Assembly: GCA_951406725.2 (NCBI GenBank)
Contig: OX597835.1
Location: 22,816,001 to 22,880,000, forward strand
DNA: 64,000 nt
Direction of reading: 5' to 3'
Origin: Octopus vulgaris
Taxonomy: Eukaryota
This document shows, piece after piece, positions 13,210-27,595 of the stretch (positions are counted from its first letter, which is position 1; each line of letters begins with the position of its first letter). The translations under genes were made by a program, and so were the position numbers. The notes below the pieces were generated by a model. That model was not told the origin of the DNA and searched no databases. It saw only the letters and a list, made by a program, of their open reading frames with translations.

Positions 13210-14682
13210 ATGCTGGTAAGACTTGGATGAAGACTTGAGATAGTATTTTATGACCAGCTGTTGTTCTGGATGTTAAGTCATGTTCTTTGCAGAATGTAGA
13301 TACACACACACATGCACATATTGCAGGCATGGTTGTGTGGTTAAGAAGCTCAGTTTGCAACCAAGTGGTTCTGGGTTCAGTCCTACTGCATGGCACCTTG
13401 GGCAAGTGTCATCTACTATAGTCCTTGGTTGATCAATGTCTTGTAAATAAAGTTGATAAACAAAAACTGTATGGAAACACATTGTGTATGTGTGTGTGTG
13501 TGTGTGTCCCCGCTCACACCACTTGACGACCAATGTTGGTTTGTTTACATCCCAGTAACTTCGTAGTTCAGCAAAAGATATTGATAGAATAAGTACGAGA
13601 CTTGAAAAAAAAAAACAGTAAGTATTGGGACTAATTTGTTCAGCTAAAATCTTTCAAGGTGATGCTCCAGCATGACCACAGTTCAATGACTAGAAAGATA
13701 AAAGAAAAGACATATTTATGGTGGCATCTGTCAGTCTAGCAAGACTATAGAGATTAGTTTGAGGGTGGAGGAGGTAGAATGTGGAATTGATTGCCATGTC
13801 CAATTCTTGGCTTGTAGACTTGACCAAAGAACTGCCATATAAAGACTGATGCTTCATGTGTGGGTTATTGTATATAGATTTTCTTTGAGAAGACATAAAT
13901 TCCTGATGCTAGATTTGTTCATTCAAGCCTTATGAAAGTTTTCTTTGACTTAATCCTTGCCGTTTCCATAGAGTCCTGTTGTCTCTGTGACTATTTTTCT
14001 GGTAGCAGATTGGATATTGATCACCTTTGTGGCATGCATGCAAACACACAGCGACATATGTACATGCACACACACACAGACCTGTGTGTATGTGTGTTTA
14101 TATATGTCAATATAAATTTATATATATGTATACATATTTAAGTATTTATACATATATATGCATACATGTATATAGAAAATATATATGTACATACATACAC
14201 ATACATACATATGCATGTATAACACATGCACACACACACACACACACACACACCTGTGTGTATGTGTGTTTATGTCAGTATAAATTTATATATATGTATA
14301 CATATTTAGGTATTCATAAGGGGAAAGTTTACGAAAATAAACAAAAGACGAAGGCAGGTGGAGTACAAACAAACAAATGTATTAGTATAGCGCTCAGGAA
14401 TAGAAAAAGTCTTTTACATTTCGAGCCTATGCTCTTCATACATACATACATATGCATACATATATATAGAAAATATATAGTTTGAATGCTAAATGATTAA
14501 AGTACCTCAGTTCAGCCAACAAATAACACATCCACCTCCACAATGTGTGTATATGTGCTCACACACGCACAAACACACGCACACACACACACACACACAC
14601 ATGTCTCAAAGGTAAATATGCATCATTTTTGAAAGATATATTTCTAGAAATAAAATAATGTCATTTGATGCATTTAAATACT

Positions 14683-14868
14683 TACTGTATTTTAACATGT
14701 ATAAAGAACCCCTTTTTGTCAAAAATTAGGTTAAAAAATATGGGAGTTTCTTATACATGGATAGTATTATGATCTCTTACAAAACCATTTTTCCAAATTT
14801 TAAGCCCCGCCCAAAAACTAGAGGGTTCTTTTTACATGAGGGTTCCTTATACACATTAAAATACGGTA
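14683..14868. mobile_element. Tc1/mariner-pogo-type MITE
   Basis: ~29-bp TIRs TACTGTATTTTAACATGTATAAAGAACCC / GGGTTCCTTATACACATTAAAATACGGTA with TA ends. Confidence 0.75.
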
Positions 14869-15021
14869 AATCTTGTGTGTAGTAGACATGTCTTGTGCCG
14901 TTTTTAACCAGTTAATCTGCTTGGGTATTGTACTAATGGGTAGTGTCCACCCACATAGAACTGTATCATGAAAGGTGTCTATTTATTTTTTAATGTGTGT
15001 GTCTGCTTGTGTGTGTGTATG

Positions 15022-15024
<3 letters not shown>

Positions 15025-15069
<45 letters not shown>

Positions 15070-15180
15070 CATATGTGTATACATATATATCCATATATAT
15101 ATATATATATACATATGTGTATACATATATATCGATATATATATATATATATATATATACATATGTGGATACATATATAT

Positions 15181-15216
<36 letters not shown>

Positions 15217-15232
15217 GTGGATACATATATAT

Positions 15233-15270
<38 letters not shown>

Positions 15271-15492
15271 GTGTATACATATATATCCATATATATATAT
15301 ATACATATATATATATACATATGTGTATACATATATATCCATATATATATATATATATATACATATGTGTATACATATATATCGATATATATATATATAT
15401 ATATATATACATGTGTATACATATATATCCATATATATATATATATATATATATACATATGTGTATACATATATATCCATATATATATATAT
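15025..15492. repeat. (TA)n-based minisatellite with core CATATGTG[T/G]ATACATATATATC[C/G]
   Basis: About 9 cores separated by TA runs of variable length. Confidence 0.93.
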
Positions 15493-17904
15493 AAGCACAT
15501 ATAAATTCATGCACATGTGTGTGTGTGTGTGTGTAAAGAGGTTTGTCTTGAGAAAAGTTAAAGAGTAGTTAAACAACAGAAATCCAGCAATAAAAAGAAA
15601 ACAAACACAGAAAAAAATAGGAAAAAAAATAAACAAATGTCATGTTATTCAAATTCAACAAATCTGTTATTAAATTATTTTTATTGAATCAATCATGAAC
15701 GCAGTTCTGGTTTTTGTTCTTCTCTGATTTTTCTTTTTCTTACTTTTTTTTGTTTTGTTACTTTGTTTCTGTTTATTCTTTTTTTTATATTTTGTTATTC
15801 TCTCTATTTCTTGTTTCATTCTGGGTTTTTTTTCTTTTGCGACATTTTTTTCTTTTCTGTTGCATTTTTTGTTTTTTATCTTCTTCTTCGATTCCTTTCA
15901 ATGTCATTTGCCACAAAATTCAATGAAATTCTTGTTGATAGCATTGCCGAAATCTGTGCAAAGTAGCAGTGGAGCTTAAAGACTCGAACGATGCAGCTAT
16001 ATATCTGTGCATTAATTATTGGTTTCTGCATTAAACCTCCACATCTGCTCCTGTCTGTTCACTTGTAACATTGATTTTTTTTGTTCATTTATTCTTCAAA
16101 ACCGTGTAACACAGACATATTGCATTCTTACAATTGAAGATTCGACACAAAGATGATATAAAATTCCGCAAACAGACACGTAGCCATCTTGTTAGATACT
16201 TCTCTTTATTTTATTGAAATCTTGTTTCCATGAAGCCACAATTTTTGCTTTGGTTTTTCTCTTAGAATATATATATTCAAAGTAACAGAATACCTGTAAA
16301 ATTAGGGCATAGATATTCAAAGAAAAATTTTTTAATAAAATTTCCAATTTATCTCAGGTGTAAGTATGGTTCTGTGATTAAAAAGTTCGCTTTGCAACCA
16401 AATGATTTCAGGTTTTATCCCACTATGTGGCACCTTGGGCAAATGTCTTCTAATTTGGAAGACGGAAGCAACTTCTCTACTGCTGATGGCATGAGAAAAG
16501 CACCCTGTATACACTGTAATGAGGATGGTGCTACAAAGGGCATCTAGCTGTAAAAACCATGCTAAAGCAGACATTGGAGCATTATTCAGTCCTTGGACAC
16601 ATCAGATCTTCTCAACTTGTCTAACACATATCAACATGGAACAGGAATATTAAATGATGATGATTATTATTATAAATGTATATGTGTGTGTGTATATATA
16701 TATATATTCTCATTTTAAAAATCATCTCTGGTTAATCGTTGAGAGGACATTGGTGTTGCCTTGGTGGAGGTTTGCACTCTCTGAGTGATCTTGTTGCTAA
16801 TACTATCAAACCAATTAATGACTCTTATATTGCTGGAATCTAGTTCCATTCTCAATATTAGTATTCCATAAGATATTCTTACTAACTAATCCTATTTTAG
16901 TTTTCATAGGATTAATCTACACTTTGAATTAGCAATAAACATATCCATATGTTCATTCAGTTTAATATTGTTGGTTTGTTTATGTCCCTGTAATTTAGCT
17001 GTTCAGCCAAAAAAGACCAATAAAGCAAGTTAATTGACTTTAGAAAAACAAGTACTGGGGTTGATTTAACTAAACCCTTCAAGGTGGTGCCCCAGCATGG
17101 CCCCAGTTCAGTGAGTGAAAAATAAAAAAATCTCCTCCATCACCTTCGAATTCTGAGGACAGGCCCTGTAAGACAATCTGGTTCACATCCAATCTTTCAT
17201 TAATTTCCTAACATTTCCCCACTAACCACTGCTACAGAAAACTGTTCAGAAGTAACATTCTAAAACTGAGATAGAACTGTACCTACTGAAAGTAACCTAA
17301 TATTTAGCAAGATTATATAAAGGGAAAAGTTCAGTAATGAAGTATATTTAGAATGAACACTTGGAAGGAAATCAAAATTGTGCTGAAAGATAATAGGAAA
17401 TTGCGAAATGAATAAATATATATTGATATACATATATTAAGTTTGTGTATAGGGAAAAATAGATAAAAAAAAACTAAAGTGAAAATGTAAAGGACGAATT
17501 CAAAATTAGAAAACTGTATAAAGGTGAAATGAAATATTAGATAATAATACTGATAATGATAAATAGTGACAAAAAATTAAAGAGTTAAATCTTATCCATT
17601 CAAAAATAGCATATAAAGATTATAGACTGCTAAAAATAGCACTAATTGAAAATTTAATTATAGCAGTATGATGTTGAATAAAAAAAGTAATTTGTGTGAA
17701 TTAAATTAGGTAAAGATGAAAAAGAAAAATAACAACTTTAGATGAAGTAATTAATTGGAAGAAATAAATAAGAACTCGAAAATATATCTTGGGATTTGAG
17801 TGAAGATGATATTGTTTTAGAGATTTTTCTAAGTGTAAGAAAAATAATATATTAAATAAAATGGAACAAATATCTAATGGTAAGTTTACCATAAAAGATG
17901 ATTA

Positions 17905-18310
17905 GGCGCAGGAGTGGCTGTGTGGTAAGTAGCTTGTTTACCAGCCACATGGTTCTGGGTTCAGTCCCACTGCGTGGCACCTTGGGCAAGTGTCTTCTGC
18001 TATAGCCTCGGGCCGACCAATGCCTTGTGAGTGGATTTGGTAGACGGAAACTGAAAGAAGCCTGTCGTATATATGTATATATATGTATATATGTGTGTGC
18101 GTGTATGTTTGTGTTTGTCCCCCTAGCATTGCTTGACAACCGATGCTGGTGTGTTTATGTCCCCGTCACTTAGCGGTTCGGCAAAAGAGACCGATAGAAT
18201 AAGTACTGGGCTTACAAAGAATAAGTCCCGGGGTCGAGTTGCTTGATTAAAGGCGGTGCTCCAGCATGGCCGCAGTCAAATGACTGAAACAAGTAAAAGA
18301 GTAAAAGAGT
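17905..18310 (+). mobile_element. tRNA-derived CORE-type SINE ('family B'), best full-length copy. Others at ~1087-1500(-), 10620-11018(-), 12555-12755(+), 12785-12922(-), 13325-13705(+), 45390-45780(-), 55080-55450(-), 55655-56485(-, interrupted), 61205-61640(-, interrupted)
   Basis: A-box-like TGGCTGTGTGG, B-box-like GGTTCAGTCC, CORE-like GGCACCTTGGGCAAGTG, internal TA/TG microsatellite and a (GTAAAAGA)n tail. Multiple dispersed copies. Confidence 0.85.
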
Positions 18311-20324
18311 ATACAAACATTTTCAAATAAAATGGATTTATTTCAAAATAAATATGGAAAAGGAGTTACAGGGATGGCTATGCAGATACAGGGATTTTGT
18401 TGTATAAAACCATATGGTTTCAAGTTCTATCTCACAATAATAATATTATTATAATAATAAATAGTATCTGTCCAACTCCTATCCACTCACCCTATTCAAT
18501 CCTCTGCACCATTTCTCTTATATACACTTCTTTGTGATTTGAAGGTATGTTCCGGCTCATCTTTCTCTTTCTCTATCTCTGTCCCTCACTCTGTCTCTCC
18601 CACCCACCCCTACATGGGTAACTCTGTATCTCCCTACAACAAGACTTCTATTTCTTATTTCTTTACTACCCACAAGGGGCTAAACACAGAGGGGACAAAC
18701 AAGGACAGACAAAGGGATTAAGTCAATTACATCGACCCCAATGCATAACTAGTACTTATTTAATTGACCCCCGAAAGGATGAAAGGCTAAGTTGACCTCG
18801 GCAGAATTTGAACTTAGAACATAGTGGCAGATGAAATACTGCTAAGCATTTTGCCTGGTGTGCTAATGTTTCTGCCAGCTTGTCGCCTTACAAGACTTCT
18901 ATTTCTGTCCCTCTATCATACTCTAACCTTTAATCATCTGGCACAAAGCTACTTCACTCAACACTACATCCACCTAAGTTTTGGGGTTTTTGTCTTGCAA
19001 ATTACTTGCTAACCTCAACAGTGTTGGTGCCACATTAAAAATCCCCCAGTGACACTCTTTAAAGTGGTTGGCATCAGGAAGTGCATCCAACTGTTGAAAC
19101 GATGCCAAAACAGACAGTAGAGCTAGGCACAGTCTTCAGGCTTGTCAATCCATCTACCCTATGTCAGCATGGAAGGCAAACATTGAATGATGATGATGTT
19201 CAACAGATCCTAGCATGATTAAATGGATATAAAACAAATCAGTGTTAATACATTGTGTGCATAAGGCAGCGAGGTAGGAAACTCTTCAGCATGTCAGGTA
19301 TTCATCCATCTTTAGGTTTTGAATTCAAATTATGTCTAGGTTAACTTTGCCTTTCATCCTTTCAAGGTCAATAAAATTAGTACCAGTTGGACACTGAGGT
19401 TGAATTAAACGGCACCAAATTGCTGGCCTTGTGCCAAAATTTGAAACCAATGTAGGGTGCGCATACCTTTTTCCATTTCTGGCAAGGAAGAAGTCTGATG
19501 TGATACTCTTGAGTGAGGAGCATAAACTAGTACATATTGTTGAATTAACTGTTCCACATGTGTCAAATATTGGGTTTCAAATTGTGGCATAAGGTCACAG
19601 CCTGCTCATGAAATTAATGTGCAAGTGGCTGAGTGCTCCACAGACACATGTACCCTTAATATAGTTCTTAGGAGGGAGATTCAGCCTGAGACAGAATGTG
19701 ATAAGGTCGGTCCTTTGAGATTCAAGGATTACCCATTTTTGGCAGCTGAGTGGACTGGAGCAATGTGAAATGAAGTATCTTGCTCAAGGACACAATGTGT
19801 AACCGGGAATTGAACTAATGGCCTTATAATCATGAGCCGAGTACCCTAATCAGTAAGTCACATACCTTCATTACATACGTGTGTGTGTGTGTGCATGATG
19901 GGTCTCTACACAGTTTCTGTTTACCAAATTCACTCACAAGACATTGGTCAACCCAGAGCTATAATAGAAGACGTTTACCCAAGGTGCCATAGAGTCAGAT
20001 TGAACCCAAAATCACATGCTCGCAAAGTGAATTTCTTAACTACACAACAGTACCTGCTCCTAATCGCTCAAACATTTTGGGTGAGGTTGTATGTTTAAAT
20101 TTAAAATGTAAATGTCCAAATCCTGTTGAACTAAAATTAAAAAGATAAGATTCACAATGAAAAAACACGAAACAAAAAAACAAGCAAAATCTAGAGAAGG
20201 TTATCTTATAGTTCGTACATGTATCAAAAGGACCGAAAACATTTAGTGTACAAAGGTGTATAAACAGTAAACAAAATACAAAGAAATTGGTATAAAAATT
20301 TGAATAAATATTTTCAGTCCACCT

Positions 20325-20993
20325 GTGCATACCTTCCTTCTTGTGACACTTGTGAAGACCTGTTGAGGCAAGTGAAAATCAAAACAAATCAAAATAGATG
20401 AACATCAATGGAATTTGTATCTTTGTGGTACTAGTGCCGGTGGCACACAAGAAAGCCATCCGAACGTGGCCGTAGCCAGTACCGCATCGACTGGCCTCCG
20501 TGCTGTGGGCACGTAACAAACACCATCCGGTCGTGGCCGTTCGCCAGCCTCATCTGGCACCTGTGTCGGTGGCACATAAAAACACCATCCAAGCGTGGCT
20601 GTCTGCCAGCCTCGTCTGGCACCTGTGTCGGTGGCACATAAAAAAACACCATCCGAGCGTGGCCGTTCGCCAGCCTCGTCTGGCACCTGTGTCGGTGGCA
20701 CATAAAAAAACACCATCCGAGCGTGGCCGTCTGCCAGCCTCGTCTGGCATCTGTGTCGGTGGCACATAAAAAACACCATCCGAGCGTGGCCGTTCGCCAG
20801 CCTCGTCTGGCACCTGTGTCGGTGGCACATAAATCACCCACTACACTCTCGGAGTGGTTGGCGTTAGGAAGGGCATCCAGCTGTAGAAACACTGCCAGAT
20901 CTGACTGGCCTGGTGCAGCCTTCGGGCTCCCCAGACCCCAGTTGAACCGTCCAACCCATGCTAGCATGGAAAGCGGACGTTAAATGATGATGA
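20325..20993 (+). mobile_element. RTE-clade LINE 3' UTR with ~60-bp internal tandem repeats and a (GAT)n tail. Other 3' ends at ~1935-2330(-), 8726-8962(+), 9440-9765(-), 11996-12287(+), 27350-27507(+), 41237-41747(-), 42022-42383(+), 51740-51967(+), 52477-52840(-), 57303-57352(+)
   Basis: Copies share the terminal CCCATGCTAGCATGGAAA.CGGACG.TAAA(TGA)n and are variably 5'-truncated. Longer copies (21168-21880, 43665-44145) are contiguous with an RTE-type ORF end. Confidence 0.85.
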
Positions 20994-21167
20994 TTTATTA
21001 TATTTTATGGTTCTATTGCTCTTAAGTCCTTTTATTTGGTAGTGTCTGCTCAATTGATTACTATCTCTTTGAATATAATGTCTGTAGGTGGGCATATGTG
21101 TGTGTGTTTGTATATATGTCATCACCCCTCTCTCTCTCTCATATATGTGTGTGTGTGTACATATATA

Positions 21168-21880
21168 TCATCATCATCATCGTTTAACATCTGCTTTCCA
21201 TGTTGGCATGGGTTGGACAGTTTGACTGGGGACTGGCAAGCCAGGAGGCCACACCAGGCTCCAGTCTGATCTGGCAGAGTTTCTACAGCTGAATGCCCTT
21301 CCTAACGCCAACCACTCCAAGAGTGTAGTGGATGCTTTTACGTGCCACAGGCACGAGGGCCAGTTAGGTGGTTCTGGCAACGACCACACTCAAAAGGTGT
21401 TTTTTACATGCTACCTGCACGGGAGCCAGTCCAGCAGCACTGGCAATGTCCACGCTCGAATGGTACATTTCACGTGTCGCCGGCACAGGAGCCAATCCGT
21501 GGCCCTGGCTACAATCATGCTCGGATGTGCTCTTAACATTCCACTGGCATGAGTGCCAATCAGGTGGTACTGTCATCAGCCATGTCAGCAATTTTGATTT
21601 GATTTCACTTGCCTCAATAGGTCTTCGCAAACAAAGTTTATTGTCCACTGAATGAGGGGTACTCAAAAGTGGGCTGGTTACACCCACTGGCATAGGCCAC
21701 TGAGCTATGGTCTCACTTGGCTTGTCGGGTCTTCTCAAGCACAGCATATCTCCAGAGGTCTCGGTCACTAGTCATTGCCTCAGTAAAGCCCAATGTTCAA
21801 AGGTCATACTTCACCACCTCATCCCAGGTCCTCCTGGGTCTACCTCTTTCACAAGTTCCCTCAACTGCTAGGGTGTGACA
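21168..21880 (-). mobile_element. RTE LINE 3' fragment (ORF end plus 3' UTR)
   Basis: Minus strand encodes VEGTCERGRPRRTWDEVV, followed by the shared 3' UTR and (GAT)n tail. Confidence 0.8.
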
Positions 21881-23106
21881 CTATATAAGAAGTTGAAAAT
21901 GCTCAAGGAGTCTTTTAGGTGGTTTATTTTTTAAAATATAACATCTTAAAAAACTTCCTGTACATTTTTTAACTTCTTTTTTTCTACAGTTCTATCAATG
22001 TGGAATAAACGACTTACTTTTCTACACACACACACACACACACACTATAACAAAAAAGGAAATTGGAGAGATTTTGGCATTATCTATAACACTTGTTTCA
22101 TTTTGCTAATAGGAATTACGAAGTTTTGCATGTTAGATAGACATATAAGGAATTTTCTATTATAAATTCTTCAGAGAGAGAAATTAAATAATGCAAATTT
22201 TATGTTTGGACGAAGTGTTTATATTAATATTTAGCTGGTAATCAGGAGTAACACAGACAACCCTGATGAGAGAACAAAAGAGAGACACTCACTCATGTCA
22301 AGGCCAGGGGACTCTCTCTCTCTCTCTCTCACACTCTCTCACAGCCCTACTTCTTATTCATCTCTCTAGCTACATTGTACATCCATCCTTTATATTTTCC
22401 CCTCACTTTCCTCTTTTCTGGTTTCTGCACATGCGCACACACACACACAGAGTCTCTGTATGTATCAGTTTCTTATTTCTTCATTGCCCACAAGGGGCTA
22501 AACACAGAGGGGACAAACGAGGACAGAGAAAGGGATTAAGTCAATTAAATCGACCCCAGTGCGCAACTGGTACTTAATTTATCGACCCCAAAAGGATGAA
22601 AGGCAAAGTCGACCTCGGCGGAATTTGAACTCAGAACGTAACGGCAGACGAAATACGGCTACGCATTTCGCCCGGCGTGCTAACGTTTCTGCCAGCTCGC
22701 CGCCTGTGTGTATCAGTTTCTGCCAACCAAACCCTCTCACAAGACTTTGGTCAGCCTGGAGCTAGAATAGAAAATACTTGTCCAAGATGCCACAGACAGA
22801 GTGGGACGGGGTGAGCTGGCAGAAACGTTAGCACGCCGGGCGAAATGCTTAGTGGTACTTCGTCTGTTGTTACGTTGTGAGTTCAAATTCCACCGCGGTC
22901 GACTTTACCTTTCATCCTTTCGGGGGTCAATTAAAACAAGTACCAGTTACACACTGGGGTTGATGTAATCAACTTGATCTCCTTGTTTGTCCCCTCTATG
23001 TTTAGCTCCCTTGAGGGCAACAAAGAAATAAATACTGTATGGTAAGGGCTTGAGTAGAAAATACTTGCCCAAGGTGCCAAACACTGAAACTGAACCCCAA
23101 ACTGTA

Positions 23107-23145
<39 letters not shown>

Positions 23146-23988
23146 CTGTGTGAGTTGATTTCGTTCCTGACAACTAAATCCACTAATAAAACTTTCAGTT
23201 TGCAGCAAGAATAGAAAACACTTACCCAAAGTACCACACAGTGGGTTTGAACTCAAAGCTATATGATTGAGAGACAAACCTCTTACCACACGGCCACACT
23301 TGCATCGCTCTCTCTCTTTGTTAAATCCAATATCAAATCATATTTATACCTATTTCTTTATTACCCACAAGGGGCTAAACACAGAGAGGACAGACATAGG
23401 TATTAAGTCGATTACATCGACCCCAGTGCGTAACTGGTACTTAATTTATCGACCCCAAAAGGATGAAAGGCAAAGTCGACCTCGGCGGAATTTGAACTCT
23501 GAACGTAACGGCAGACGAAATACCGCTAAGCATTTCGCCTGGCGTGCTAACGTTTCTGCCAGCTCGCCGCCTTAATTTCGACACACACTACATCATCATC
23601 ATCTGTCTCTTCAGTTCTGATACAAATAAAGTTATCTATTTAGGACTCACAGTCAGTTTTTGCACAAACCGTCTTGTTTCTTTAGATCTTGTTGAATATT
23701 GGGAGCTAATGTTTCATGTTTATATTATCATAACCTGTATCATCCTCTCAGCATCTGTTTCTTCATGCTTGTGTGGTTTAGATGCATCAGTTTAACCATC
23801 GCTGTCACTAAGGTGGCTGTTTAATGGTTTGACGATGGCATTAATTGTATCAAAACATGAGTAAAGGATTCGTCTCTACTTTGAGCCCCGTTTGTCTTTG
23901 ATCTGGTAAACAGAGGCACATATCTCTATACATATGCGTTAAATATCTGCAAACACACACACACACACACACACATATATAATCATGG

Positions 23989-24021
<33 letters not shown>

Positions 24022-25019
24022 CTAAATATCTGCTTACACACATATATATTCATATATATATATATATATATAAATATCTGCATACACACATATATATTCA
24101 TATATATATATAAATATCTGCATACACACATATATATATTCATATATATATAATCATGGTGTGTGTATATAATATATATATCTATATACACACATATATA
24201 TTATACACACACACACACACATAATCACCATGGTATGTATATATATATATATAAATGATATTCATCATGGTATATATATATATATATACTGGAATGTGAT
24301 GCAGTCCTTGGATTCTGTCAATCCATCCAACCCATTCCAGCATGAAACATGAGTGTTAATTGATGATGATGATTTTATATGTATGTATGCGTATACATAT
24401 TTGCATATGGAGTGGTATATATATCTGCGTGCGTGTATGTGTGTTGATTAAGTAGCGAGGGTTTTATGGCTACCTTACTCTGTGCATGTTCAGCATTTGA
24501 TTGCGTGCGTAGTAACATGAATACATCTTCTGAGCTTAGGTATTGAAGCGTAACAGAGCATATGGCATTCTAAATAAATGGTTACATGTCATGCTTTATA
24601 GAATCACATTAATAATGAATGGTGGGGGGGGAGGCACGGGCAGAGGGGTGGCACTGGCACAGGGATGAGCAAGGAGGCACGGGCATGCAGTGTGGTTAAG
24701 ATGGTCACTTCCCAGCCACATGATCCTCTGAGTGTCGTTTGTTAAAACTTCAAGCTGTCTGTCTTGTGAGGGAATTGGGTAAGCGGAAACTAAAAAAAGA
24801 GCTGTCATGTGTATATGGGTGTATGTATGTATGTGTGTGTGTGTTCTTTTCTGTTTTTGATTATTTAAATAATTCCTTTGGAGAAGGAGCCAGTTTCTAA
24901 CAAAGATACAAAGCTCCATCTTTGGAATTTAGATATCGAAAACTGTCATATTTTAAACTTGAGAAAAGTCTTGCATAGTTTTACTGTTCCACTTACAAAT
25001 TGGATTTGTAATGTACAAG

Positions 25020-25482
25020 TCAGAAGTATTGTTACTGTCAGCAAATGGATGAAATGCGTAAGAAACTCCGACAACAGCCAGCATTGGTCAATAGAAAAGG
25101 ACCAATTCTTCTCCATGACAACACTCAGTCGTACAACTGACCCCGAAGAAGTTGAATGAATTGGGCTATGAAATTCTGCCTCATCTGCCATACTCACCAG
25201 ACCTCTTGCCTACCGACTACCCCTTTTTCAAGCATCTCGATAACTTTCTGTGTGAGAAATGCTTCAAAAACCAAGACAATGCCAAACTTGCCATCAACGA
25301 CTTCATCGCCTCCAGAACGCAGGGTTTTTACGCTACCGGCATAAATAAACTTATTTCGTGTTGGCAAAAGTGTGTTGATTATGATGGTGTTTATTTCTAT
25401 TAATAAATTTTTGTTTGATCTGAGATATGTGCATCTGAATTTAAAGGTTAAAAACTGCAAGAACTTTCTTGACAACCTAATA
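25020..25482 (+). mobile_element. Mariner transposon 3' fragment (transposase C-terminus, right TIR, TA)
   Basis: GPILLHDN...LGYEILPHLPYSPDLLPTDY.FF..L...WQKCV..DG.YF contains the YSPDL motif. Ends ...ACTTTCTTGACAACCTAA-TA. Confidence 0.92.
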
Positions 25483-25554
25483 CATACACGCACACACACA
25501 CACACACACACATATATATACACACACACACATACATAGACATACATTCACATG

Positions 25555-25586
<32 letters not shown>

Positions 25587-25600
25587 TACATAGACATACA

Positions 25601-25637
<37 letters not shown>

Positions 25638-27530
25638 ATTAACTAGGAGAATGAAATGAGCAATTCATTTTATTACATGATTCTACAATTGGTTCATCGA
25701 TATTTTATCAGAAGAGTATCATTCTTGTTATGTGAAATGTGTAACAATACATTGCATTATTATTAAACTAATGCAGCAAAAAAAAATTGATTCCTCAGGT
25801 TTATGTATAAAATCCATTTGCTGGATGAACTTGTATTTTCAAGAATATATACCCTTTATCCAAGACATTCGTATCATTTCACTTGCCTATCATCGTTAAA
25901 GCAAAAGACAAAACATAATTAACCACAAAATCAAATTAACTGCCCTACACATAGGATGATTTGGTAGAAAAAAGAATAAAGGAATGAAGAAGTAAATAAA
26001 TAAATGTACACATGAACGAGAAATTAAATAGAAAAATAAGAGATTGCTCTGTTTTCTGAACCATTTGTCTGTAAATAGCAGGTGTCGGTTCTGACGTTAT
26101 TAAGGAAGTTGGATGTACAAGTCCATGTCTATGTAAATTGATACTGCTGTTGTCTTCAATTAAAGGTCAAAAATTTCCTTCAACATTCAATTAAGAGTGA
26201 ACTACTTGAAGAATCATCTATCAGACTCTCCCACTCTCTTGGATACACTGCTAAAGATGTTTTTCTAGATATTCTTTGTTCGTTGTTAAGATGCCTTTCT
26301 TCTCTAGTAATAAATCAGAATATTAATTAAAGGAATTTAAAATGCCTAGAGAATACAAAATTAATTCTCCAGTCATTTTATTAATATATATTTAATATAA
26401 AAGTAAATAATTTAAAACAATAAAAGTAAAAACATCCTGCTAAATTAATTTAGTACACACACACACACACACACACACTCATGTACAGATATAGAGACAC
26501 AAATAAATATATCCACACACAGACACATACATATAAAATTGTGCAGAAGTGCGTATATTCATTAGATGTAACCAAAGTCAGATGTCCAGAGATTTCTTTG
26601 AAGCACAATATCTATTTATATTTTATATTATTACATTCCAGATAATAGTTTTGAAATATCATTTTGAGATTTTCCCAAGATGAATATTAGTTGCAGCTAA
26701 AATAATTAATCATTCTCTGGTAAATACTTTTTCCTGTATTTCCTGAAACTATTTTCAAACCTATGGTTACACCTCATAATAAGATCTGGATGTTTGTTAT
26801 TCAATCCTTTGGTTAGTAATATACACAAAATTTCTTCCAAATTGCATAATCTGGAATTCCCATTATATGGATATGCAGTTTTTTTTTTTTTTTATCACAG
26901 ACCAAGAAATGCTGTGTTTTGTCTTCTTTTTTGTCAGATTCTAGACTAGGTTGGTCAGAGATGTGTTGTTTCTTTGTTTATACTATTGAATGGATTCAAC
27001 ATAGTTATGTCATTGATCTTTGAAAAAGTAAGACATTGCACCAATATATGTGTGTTCTAGCGCTTGGGGCATTTATATACAGTATTTTTACAGACATTTA
27101 TTTTTAAGAGGACATACAGTTTTATTTCTACAATTGCATTTTTTCATATTTTCCTTTTATTATGAATACTAGCATCTCATCAAAAATACTAACAGTTTTA
27201 CTAATGATAGAAAATGGTTCATTAAATCTATGGGAGAGTCCACTGATAACTGTCAGCAATTGAGTAAATATATATATACATGCACAGCATTGAAGCATGT
27301 GAACACATAGTTATAACATCTCAGTTGAAAATGTTATTTTCCATTATACTCTTGGAATGGTTGGCGTTGGGAAGGGCATCCAGCTGTAGAAACACTGCTA
27401 GATCAGACTGAAGCCTGGTGCAGCCTCCTGGCTTCCCAGACCCCGGTCGAACCATCCAATCCATGCTAGCATGGAAAACGGACATTAAACGATGAAGATG
27501 ATGATGATTATATATATATATATTATATAT

Positions 27531-27595
<65 letters not shown>

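Noticed and set aside
14975-15636. YI-repeat ORFs in six frames
   Set aside because: (TA)n-derived minisatellite.
15930-16290. Possible non-coding first exon or promoter of GLT1
   Set aside because: Unique sequence with some CpGs, but no clear donor site or promoter signal, so it cannot be supported without transcripts.
20455-20835. CRISPR-like regularly spaced repeats
   Set aside because: Whole units repeat with no unique spacers, they are part of an RTE 3' UTR, the context is eukaryotic and there are no cas genes.
25152-25403. Host SETMAR-like gene
   Set aside because: Only a frameshifted mariner C-terminus with its TIR; no SET domain or splice structure.
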